A DNA stretch of 64,000 bases from an uncultured virus (IMG/VR IMGVR_UViG_3300037843_000618) (Duplodnaviria; Heunggongvirae; Uroviricota; Caudoviricetes): the IMG/VR virus record IMGVR_UViG_3300037843_000618; one strand, given 5' to 3'. The position numbers and the translations under genes were made by a program. Below are positions 57,283-64,000 of the stretch, piece by piece. The notes beneath the pieces were generated by a model. It was not told the DNA's origin. It saw nothing but the letters and a program-made list of their open reading frames with translations, and ran no database searches. How positions within the stretch are numbered: the first letter of the stretch is position 1; the number at the start of each line of letters is the position of its first letter.

Positions 57283-57630
57283 TTACTCGTTTTCTGGAAG
57301 ATCGTCGTAGTACTTTTTAAGGGACTCTTTGAGATTGTCTAGTTCGCGGTTGCTGGCCTCCTCGACTTCGGGCGTGAAGGCCACGTTGCCGTGCCAGCCG
57401 TCGATAGACGCCATGCCTCGGTTGTACTGGGCAGGACAGGGCAGGATCACGCCGCCGTTCCCGTCCGGGAGAGGGTTGCCCTGCTTGTCGAATGAATGCC
57501 CGGTGAAGGCGATACCCCATGCCTTGCGCAACTCTTGCCAGTCCCCGTGCTCATTACAAAACTGACAATTGTCTTCAGGTGCATGCAGAATACGGGGGTC
57601 GCAATGGGGAAACTGTTGGATGTGCTTCAT
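57283..57630 (-). CDS. Hypothetical phage protein (115 aa)
   Basis: FPHCD.RILHAP..C.FC...W..LR..W.I.FTG pattern. Confidence 0.75.
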   Translation of the reverse strand: MKHIQQFPHCDPRILHAPEDNCQFCNEHGDWQELRKAWGIAFTGHSFDKQGNPLPDGNGGVILPCPAQYNRGMASIDGWHGNVAFTPEVEEASNRELDNLKESLKKYYDDLPENE

Positions 57631-57648
57631 GCCTTATGATACCACGAA

Positions 57649-57969
57649 TCAGCCACCGGCACCGGAGTCAACATTGGGGGCTGCGGGAGCCGGAGGCGTA
57701 GCATTGGCGTTTGCCGTATTGGTGTTGTCCACGTTCACAACCGTGGTCGAGCTTTTGTCAGGCCAGATTTGGCTACCCACGAAATGACCGCCCAGCAGCG
57801 CGTAGAAACTGAAGACCGTGCCTTGGACATTCGGTCCCAAGTCCCTCCCTGTATGCCAGTGCCAAGCCAAGATCGCCGCCTGGAAAACGCAGGCGATAGG
57901 GATGTGGAAATAGTTCTGTAGCCTGTCCAGCCACGGTTGGAGCTTGGGAAGACATTTCTTGAAGTCCAT
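57649..57969 (-). CDS. Holin-like membrane protein (106 aa)
   Basis: Two hydrophobic segments; GAGGGG RBS; late-type motif at 58000-57981. Confidence 0.55.
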   Translation of the reverse strand: MDFKKCLPKLQPWLDRLQNYFHIPIACVFQAAILAWHWHTGRDLGPNVQGTVFSFYALLGGHFVGSQIWPDKSSTTVVNVDNTNTANANATPPAPAAPNVDSGAGG

Positions 57970-58010
57970 AGGAGAATCCCCTCATTTGAGGGGTGGAAAG
58001 TGGGAAACCT

Positions 58011-58040
58011 TTGCCAAAAATCCCGCCGATATGGTATCCT
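58011..58040 (+). promoter_or_regulatory. Sigma70-type promoter for the ncRNA
   Basis: TTGCCA-18 nt-TATCCT with TG extension; predicted +1 about 58047 coincides with the first base of the terminal helix. Confidence 0.6.
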
Positions 58041-58046
58041 ATGTAT

Positions 58047-58350
58047 GTGGACGGCTTGACCGAACCAATTCCCTGCCGGGGAATAAGGTGTGTCCCGCGT
58101 GAAGAACGCTGGGATGGCGGTACAGGCGTTTGCGCGATAAGGCTGAAATAGCCGGGGTCGTACAACCCCGAGCGACGTAAGAACCCGTCAAACCGTAACC
58201 ATACACTGACGGCTGTATCGGGTTGCAGGCAACCAGTCCTGCCCAGTGCCGCAAGGCAACGCTTAGGCAGATCACCAAAGCGGCTGGTGGCTGAAACAAT
58301 CGTGCGATGTCCAAGGCTTATCCGTAATCAGTAATCGGATAGCCGTCCAC
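58047..58350 (+). ncRNA. Unidentified structured non-coding RNA (about 304 nt)
   Basis: Perfect 10-bp closing helix GTGGACGGCT/AGCCGTCCAC; many internal hairpins; no credible ORF; flanked by a promoter and a terminator. Confidence 0.72.
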
Positions 58351-58369
58351 GCTTATCTTATAATACTTT

Positions 58370-58411
58370 GCCCACCCGACTGCTTTTGGCGCTCGGGTGG
58401 GCTGTTTTTTT
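58370..58411 (+). terminator. Rho-independent terminator
   Basis: GCCCACCCGA-N13-TCGGGTGGGC followed by TGTTTTTTT. Confidence 0.85.
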
Positions 58412-58439
58412 GGTATAATCTGGGTATGAGGTGTTCTCT

Positions 58440-58664
58440 ATGTTGGCCGAGATCGTCTACACGGCGGTGATCTGGGAAAGCGAGCGCGGCTGGGGCAAGC
58501 GCCTCGACGAGACCAAGGAGTTCGAGACCGAGAAGGCCCGGGACAAGTTCATCGCGAAATTCAACTCAAAGAACAATGAGCCTGTCACGCCCGACTGGTA
58601 CATGTACGCGGAAAGTGGTGCGGACATCGTCCGGCCCCGCTCAAAGCGCAAGAAGCGCAAGTGA
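58440..58664 (+). CDS. Hypothetical phage protein (74 aa)
   Basis: TGGTATAAT extended -10 and GAGGTG RBS; ESERGWG..D....F......FI..FN..N.....PDWY motif. Confidence 0.75.
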   Translation: MLAEIVYTAVIWESERGWGKRLDETKEFETEKARDKFIAKFNSKNNEPVTPDWYMYAESGADIVRPRSKRKKRK

Positions 58665-59095
58665 CACTCTCCGAGTTCATCCTCGCCTGGCGTTCGCTCG
58701 CGCCGACTGTAAGGGGGAAGTGCTTCTACTGCGGCAGGCAGACCAGCAAGGACGGCAAGCCGAAGCACGCCCATTTCCAAACGAAAGACCACGTGGTCCC
58801 GAAGAGCGCGATGAGCCATGCCCTACGAAACGCGGGGATACCGCACGGTAACTGTGTGATTTGCTGCCGGAAGTGCAACAGCGCGAAGGAGGACCTCACG
58901 ATGCAGGAGTTCAAGCTCCGCAGCGGGATCGGGACCTTCTACGCGGAGGAGGTCCTCGGGACGCGGATCGACGACCTCAGCGACATCGCCGAGGTCACCC
59001 TCCACATCGTGAATACCCGCAGGGTCGATGGGCGCAGTATCAAGTTCCATGGGAAACCCGAACCTCGCGTCCGACCTGCTAGTCAGCAAGCCTGA
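58661..59095 (+). CDS. HNH endonuclease
   Basis: CFYCG...TKDHVVPKS...N.VICCRKCNSAK. Confidence 0.85.
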   Translation: MTLSEFILAWRSLAPTVRGKCFYCGRQTSKDGKPKHAHFQTKDHVVPKSAMSHALRNAGIPHGNCVICCRKCNSAKEDLTMQEFKLRSGIGTFYAEEVLGTRIDDLSDIAEVTLHIVNTRRVDGRSIKFHGKPEPRVRPASQQA

Positions 59096-59178
59096 AACCC
59101 CATATTTACAGCCTATTTCGCAGCTAGGCGCGATACCCGCGACTATCAACGGGACTACCTGTCTCTTGAGAGAGGCTT

Positions 59179-60384
59179 GTGGGCGGTAACGCCGCAGCGA
59201 AGCCAGCACCCACAAAGACAGGAGTCTCTGTGAAAAGTGCAGCAAAGACCGCCGCTTCCAACTTGCTCGACCCCCGCCGACGCAGCGCCCAGGCGAAGGA
59301 GTTCCAGGACGCCCTGCGCCAGCGCGTTGTGGGCCAAGACCCCGCGCTCGAAAAGGTCGCGGAAATCTACCAGATGTTCCTTGCCGGGCTGAATCCCCCC
59401 GGCCGCCCCGTAGGCAATCTCCTGTTTCTCGGTCCGACTGGATCGGGAAAGACCCGTGTGGTCGAGGCGACGGCGGAAGCGCTGTTCGGCGACTCACGTG
59501 CCTGCATCAAAGTGGACTGCGCCGAGTTCCAGCACTCGCACGAAATCGCCAAGCTGATCGGCTCCCCTCCGGGCTACCTTGGCCATCGGGAGACGCACCC
59601 GCTGATCACGCAGGAAGCGTTGGCGCAATACTACACCGAGAACCTCAAGCTGTCGATCCTTCTGTTCGACGAGATCGAGAAGGCGTCCGACTCGCTGTGG
59701 CAGCTTTTGCTAGGCATGCTCGACAAGGCGACGTTGACGCTGGGCGACAACCGCCGCGTGGACCTGTCGGCGACGATAATCTTCCTGACTTCCAACCTCG
59801 GGACCGGGGAGATGCGAAACCTCCAAGAGGGCGGGGGCATGGGCTTCGGCAGAGGCGACGTCGTGATGGACGAGGGATTTGACCAGAAAATCCAGCGTAC
59901 AGCCACGGAGGCGGCGCGGCGCAAGTTCACGCCTGAGTTCATGAACCGCATCGACAAGACCGTGGTCTTCGGCATGCTTCGAGATGAGCACCTTCGCGAG
60001 ATACTCGACATCGAACTGGGCCTCGTGCAGGGGCGCATCCTGTGCGCCACCAAGGGATTTGTGATCTATGCCGACCAGCAGGCCAAGGAAGCCCTGCTGC
60101 TGGAGGGCACCGACTTAAAGTACGGCGCTCGCCACCTCAAGCGTGCGATAGAGCGCAACGTCGTCCACCCGCTGGCCAACCTGGTCGCGACGGACCAGGT
60201 GGCGCTCGGCGACGTCATCCAGATCGGGTACGATGGCGACCTCCCGGTTCGCGGCGAGACCCCGGTGACTGGGGAGTACACATTCACGAGACGCCAAGAG
60301 GGCGTCATAATCCCCAGGGAAGCCGGGGCAATCGGGTCGGCCGCGCCCTCGGGCGTGAGGATCACAATCCCGAAGAAAGACTAA
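59179..60384 (+). CDS. Stand-alone ClpA/ClpB-type AAA+ ATPase (D2 module only)
   Basis: VVGQD.A, FLGPTGSGKT, KLIGSPPGYLG, LFDEIEKA, TSNLG, PEFMNRID, YGARHLKR; no D1 or N-domain. Confidence 0.9.
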   Translation: MGGNAAAKPAPTKTGVSVKSAAKTAASNLLDPRRRSAQAKEFQDALRQRVVGQDPALEKVAEIYQMFLAGLNPPGRPVGNLLFLGPTGSGKTRVVEATAEALFGDSRACIKVDCAEFQHSHEIAKLIGSPPGYLGHRETHPLITQEALAQYYTENLKLSILLFDEIEKASDSLWQLLLGMLDKATLTLGDNRRVDLSATIIFLTSNLGTGEMRNLQEGGGMGFGRGDVVMDEGFDQKIQRTATEAARRKFTPEFMNRIDKTVVFGMLRDEHLREILDIELGLVQGRILCATKGFVIYADQQAKEALLLEGTDLKYGARHLKRAIERNVVHPLANLVATDQVALGDVIQIGYDGDLPVRGETPVTGEYTFTRRQEGVIIPREAGAIGSAAPSGVRITIPKKD

Positions 60385-60391
60385 GGATTTT

Positions 60392-60592
60392 ATGCGAGAA
60401 GAGTGGCAACGGGCGTTCACCAGCGAGGAGCCGCGCCTGAGCGAGATGGTGGAACTGTACGAGTCGCTGGGCTACGAGGTCCGCGTGGAACCCGCTTGCA
60501 ACGACCTTCCTTCCACCGAGTGCTCCGCCTGCTGCCAGCAGGCGTCCTGCAAGACGATCTTCGTCCGAAGGTCCGATTCTCAGCTTCCCTAA
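60392..60592 (+). CDS. Small Cys-containing hypothetical protein (66 aa)
   Basis: AAGGA RBS; W.R.F...EPRLSE.VELYESLG.EV..C..C. Confidence 0.7.
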   Translation: MREEWQRAFTSEEPRLSEMVELYESLGYEVRVEPACNDLPSTECSACCQQASCKTIFVRRSDSQLP

Positions 60593-60609
60593 AGTCGAGT
60601 GCGCAAGCT

Positions 60610-60975
60610 CTATATGTTTATCTGCTGCGTCGTTCCCGGCAGGGTTCCGGGGACGACGATGATCATGTTAAACGGAAGCGCGATCACGAAGATGTCGGAC
60701 GTCCACAGGTAGCCAAACAAACCGCTGTTCGGTTCGAGTGGGATGTACGTCGGCGTGCTGTTGGCGCTCCCGCCGTCCTTCATGTAGACGAGCGAGGAAG
60801 GTATCCAGGCGAGGAAAGGGTCCCCCTGCCCGAGCCAAGAGATAGACTTCTGGGTTCCCGCGTACAGCAGGGGCCATTTTGTGACGGTGGGAAACCAGGT
60901 CGCCGCCGATGGCGGGGACCCCGGAGTCTCGTCCCTCTGTCCGAGCCATGCTGCGACTGGGTTGTTGGCCGGCAT
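60610..60975 (-). CDS. Hypothetical virion-associated protein (121 aa)
   Basis: Last gene of a minus-strand structural run; GAGG RBS. Confidence 0.65.
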   Translation of the reverse strand: MPANNPVAAWLGQRDETPGSPPSAATWFPTVTKWPLLYAGTQKSISWLGQGDPFLAWIPSSLVYMKDGGSANSTPTYIPLEPNSGLFGYLWTSDIFVIALPFNMIIVVPGTLPGTTQQINI

Positions 60976-60978
60976 TCC

Positions 60979-62637
60979 TCACTCCCACCTGATCCCGATG
61001 GCGCAGTTCGGGACGGGAGTATAGTCGAAAATCTTCGTCATAAGGAACGTGTGCAGCGAGCCGTACATGTAGACGGAAATTAAGCCACCTTCGACGCAGT
61101 CCCCGGTCTTCATGCATATTGCACCAAGCAGCGGATTCCCCATGTAACCTACCGAAGGAAAGACGGGCAGAGGCGTTTGCAGTCCGGCGTCGGAAAGGGT
61201 CGTCAGCGAGGGGTATGGGGCCCACACGGGCCAGGTGTTGATGTTGGTTCCGATTGTCGCGTAGAATGTGGCGGGCATTGTGGGCTGAGCGCTGCCCGGC
61301 TTGAAGAGGGTGATGGCCCCCACCATGTTTCCCGGATTGCTGTTGCCGCAGCCTGTGCCGACGTATGTCGCATAGCTGTCAAGGTCGGTCCCGCTGCTGC
61401 TCTTCGCCCTGTCTATGGTTATTATAAACGGCGGAAAAACGCCGAACGAAGACGCGGTGCGCCACAGCATCATCGACAAGCTCCCCCCGGAATCGCTGGC
61501 GCAGAAGTCGCACTCCCACAGGGTGGCACCCGTCCCCGAGAGCGATGCGGCTGCCGACATCCCTATCTCGCTCGCGCCCAGCTTGTTCCCGGTGATCCAG
61601 CCGCCGCCCGTGGTTCCTGTCCCTATCATAAACAATATGGCCGGAGCGTTGGGGCTGCTCACACACCTGCCGTAGACCAAGCGCATGTAGAGGGGCGACA
61701 GACCATCGTTGGTCTGCCAGACCTCGTAGGGATAAGGCGACCAGTGCGTCGTGTCCGTCGCCGGGTTTGTGTTTTCCGTGAAGGTGCCGTTTACGCCAGT
61801 CTCCGACGTCCCTGTCGCCGTGACAGCGATAAGCCCTGCTCCACTGCTTATCTGGCCAGCGGAGGTGACCGTGAACGTCCCGCTGTTCCCCGCTCCGGTG
61901 ACGGCGACTACTATCGAGTGCCCCGCCATCGCGTAGGCGACCGAGTTGAGGCCCCCAGCCCCGGAAACCCAGGTGCCGAAAGCGGTGTTCGTCGAGCTAA
62001 AAGTCAGGACGGAGGGGGAAGAGACGGCGGTCCCGGACTGCAAGGTCGAGGCGGTCGCGTTGGGGTTGTTGAGCGTGATGCTCGTACCGGCGGATGCGGC
62101 GACGCACATGAACGTCCCGTTGTTGTTCGACGCCGTCATCCCGGTGACGACGAATTGCACCCCGACCATGGCGGCGGTCGCGCCCGTGGTGGAGTACACG
62201 CTGCCCCCAACCCCCGCCGTCGTGCAGGCGGTGATGGGGTCGTTGATGGGAGGGCTGCCGGGCGAACCGAGGGTGATGTTCGGGTTTTGGGCAACCGTCA
62301 CGCCAGCGGATACGGAGACTTGGGTGGCGTTGTAGCACCAGTACGTCAGGCCCGAGGGCGCATACGTGACGACGCTGAACGCCGCCTCCGTGGCCGGGAT
62401 TGCCGTGGTGTAGGCGGTGCCTCCCACCCAAGCCGCTGGTGTCACCCAAAAGCCGTCCCCCGTGAACGGATAGGCGCTGGCGGTGGGAGTCGTGGTCAAG
62501 TTGCCCCAGACGATCTGCCCCGTGTCTGCGGTCTTTATCCATCCGAGCGTGGACATGGCCGTGCTTATGCCCTGCGCCCAAGCGAGGAAGTTGGCGAGGG
62601 TCGAGTTGTCATACGGCAAAGAGACTTGGTACTTCAT
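60979..62637 (-). CDS. T/G/S-rich virion structural protein (552 aa)
   Basis: Paralogue of 62638-63831 (YEVW..PLYMRLVYG, ECDF.SD, PVFP.VGY.GNP, VY.YG..H, GIRWE). Confidence 0.72.
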   Translation of the reverse strand: MKYQVSLPYDNSTLANFLAWAQGISTAMSTLGWIKTADTGQIVWGNLTTTPTASAYPFTGDGFWVTPAAWVGGTAYTTAIPATEAAFSVVTYAPSGLTYWCYNATQVSVSAGVTVAQNPNITLGSPGSPPINDPITACTTAGVGGSVYSTTGATAAMVGVQFVVTGMTASNNNGTFMCVAASAGTSITLNNPNATASTLQSGTAVSSPSVLTFSSTNTAFGTWVSGAGGLNSVAYAMAGHSIVVAVTGAGNSGTFTVTSAGQISSGAGLIAVTATGTSETGVNGTFTENTNPATDTTHWSPYPYEVWQTNDGLSPLYMRLVYGRCVSSPNAPAILFMIGTGTTGGGWITGNKLGASEIGMSAAASLSGTGATLWECDFCASDSGGSLSMMLWRTASSFGVFPPFIITIDRAKSSSGTDLDSYATYVGTGCGNSNPGNMVGAITLFKPGSAQPTMPATFYATIGTNINTWPVWAPYPSLTTLSDAGLQTPLPVFPSVGYMGNPLLGAICMKTGDCVEGGLISVYMYGSLHTFLMTKIFDYTPVPNCAIGIRWE

Positions 62638-63831
62638 TTAGTCGAACCTCACCCCGACCCCCGCCATCGTCGCCTGTCCCAGCCCGAGGATTCCATTGGC
62701 GAAAGCCGTGACTGTCATGATGTAGCTGTGCGTCGCCCCGTAAACCGTGCAGGACTGCGTCGCTCCCTCCGTCGTGTCGGCCTCCTGCTGGACGATCAGC
62801 GCGGTCATCGGGTTGCCGCAATACCCCACCAGCGGAAAAACGGGAAGAGCCGGGGTCGTGTTGTTCACGATGAGCGATGCCGTCGCTCCACCCAGCGTGG
62901 GGGCGTTGCCATAGAGGACGCGGACGGCGACGGCGGGGGTGCCGCTCAGGAACAAGCTCTGCTGCGCCCAGTTGGTGACTGCGGCGTAGCCCCTTACGTA
63001 GGTGATGTAGTTCGAGTTGTAGACCGGGGCCGACGCGGTCGTGCCGGAGATGCTGCGTTCCACGCAGAGGATCGCGGGGCCGCTGGTGACCGAAGCGATG
63101 CCGCGAGACAGGTTCATGGCGAGATAGTTGGAGCCGTCAGAGGCGAAGTCGCATTCCCCCACGGTGGCCCCCACTCCTGTGCCGAAGAGGTATTCTGTCG
63201 ATGTCACGTTTCCGGTCAGGTAGCCGCTCGCCCCTACGCTGTAGCCCGTGCCGAACTGCACCGTCGCCATCGGGTCGGCGACGGCGGTGGCGCTGCACCC
63301 GTACTCGATCTTCATGTAGAACGGGGTTAGGCTTCCCGCGCCGGGCGTGAACTCCCAGATTTCCATGTAGTAGGGAGACCAGTAGGTCGTGTTGGACGGG
63401 ATTTCCCCCACGGTGTTCGTCGTCGGGGAAATACAGATGTAGGTCAGCCCCGTCTCGCCGATGGACGGGGAAGACGCCGGAGTCCATATCACGACATTGC
63501 CCACCGCGTAGATGCCCTGCTGCCAGACCCCCATGAAGTTGGTCGAAGCCAATGCGGCGCGGGGCAGCGGGGCGACCCCAGCGGGAAACGCCGTGCCGTT
63601 CAAGCCGGAGACAGTTTGCCCGTTCGGCAGCGCGGCTGCGCCCACGGAAAGGGCGGTCGCCCACTGCGCCGTGTAGGTGTCCGCCATCTTGGTGAGCACA
63701 CCGGCTCCCAAGGCTGTGCCGAGAACATAGGAGATGCCGCTGGTGGCGGGAGTGCCGGAGTTCCCCGCCCACGCGACCATGTGGGCTATGGTGTCGTTGA
63801 TGAATGCGATTTGTGACTGAAAGGATGCCAT
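62638..63831 (-). CDS. T/G/S-rich virion structural protein (397 aa)
   Basis: GGAG RBS; paralogue of the adjacent 552-aa gene. Confidence 0.72.
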   Translation of the reverse strand: MASFQSQIAFINDTIAHMVAWAGNSGTPATSGISYVLGTALGAGVLTKMADTYTAQWATALSVGAAALPNGQTVSGLNGTAFPAGVAPLPRAALASTNFMGVWQQGIYAVGNVVIWTPASSPSIGETGLTYICISPTTNTVGEIPSNTTYWSPYYMEIWEFTPGAGSLTPFYMKIEYGCSATAVADPMATVQFGTGYSVGASGYLTGNVTSTEYLFGTGVGATVGECDFASDGSNYLAMNLSRGIASVTSGPAILCVERSISGTTASAPVYNSNYITYVRGYAAVTNWAQQSLFLSGTPAVAVRVLYGNAPTLGGATASLIVNNTTPALPVFPLVGYCGNPMTALIVQQEADTTEGATQSCTVYGATHSYIMTVTAFANGILGLGQATMAGVGVRFD

Positions 63832-63870
63832 GATTGCTCCTAAATTAGGGTCGTGTATGCCCTTCCTTTG

Positions 63871-64000
63871 CTACGACTGGGTTGTCCAGACCGCTCCCGA
63901 TATTTGCACCGCCGCAGACGAGTTGACCGAAATCTGCTTCCCCGATGTGCTCACGTAGTAAGGCTCCCCGTCCCCAGCGTGGTTGAGGACTCCGCTGCTG
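63871..64000 (-). CDS. 3' end of a structural gene continuing beyond the window
   Basis: Open frame SSGVLNHAGDGEPYYVSTSGKQISVNSSAAVQISGAVWTTQS*, similar to the C-terminus of the 1660-aa protein (GNGQILWTTGVGKGFQINLSATATLGGDIWYTQS*). Confidence 0.6.
   Translation of the reverse strand, partial: SSGVLNHAGDGEPYYVSTSGKQISVNSSAAVQISGAVWTTQS

Noticed and set aside
58047..58350. Identification of the ncRNA as RNase P RNA, tmRNA or a group I intron
   Set aside because: No GAGGAAAGTCC P4 strand, no tRNA-Ala-like ends, and it does not interrupt a gene.
61177..63330. 717-aa plus-strand ORF, and similar long ORFs at 40429-41862, 50604-52241, 7397-8758 and 10083-11456
   Set aside because: Shadow or alternate frames of GC-rich genes; Arg/Gly-rich with no motifs.
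1..64000. CRISPR array, tRNA genes or stop-codon reassignment
   Set aside because: No repeat-spacer pattern or cloverleaf was recognised by eye. Long intact ORFs end in TAA, TAG and TGA under the standard code.

Overview
A 64-kb, GC-rich, almost fully coding segment of a large tailed-phage genome in the standard genetic code. No tRNA, rRNA or CRISPR array was recognised. It carries a terminase large subunit and several Thr/Ser/Gly-rich virion fibre-like proteins, including two long paralogues with VTQSTSPW repeats and a fibre with an S74-like chaperone tail. It also has small membrane (holin-like) genes, a sigma-factor-like protein, an N6-adenine methyltransferase, an SNF2 helicase, a glycosyltransferase plus polysaccharide-pyruvyltransferase pair, a metallophosphoesterase, HNH and GIY-YIG nucleases and a stand-alone Clp-type AAA+ D2 protein. 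Four signals stand out. (1) A minus-strand run of about 20 kb: pyrophosphatase-RelA/SpoT fusion, GIY-YIG, SprT, then two giant polyvalent proteins of about 2944 and 2749 aa. Their roughly 35 modules are nearly all separated by a K/R-x-A(A/G/S) linker, which suggests protease-processed effector polyproteins. (2) A promoter- and terminator-bounded, highly structured non-coding RNA of about 304 nt at 58047-58350. (3) A recurrent CTWYY-N5-CTTWWRTAG motif upstream of late-type genes. (4) A G-S-P(P/A) motif recurring in loops of the virion proteins. All domain calls come from motif recognition by eye; no database search was run.
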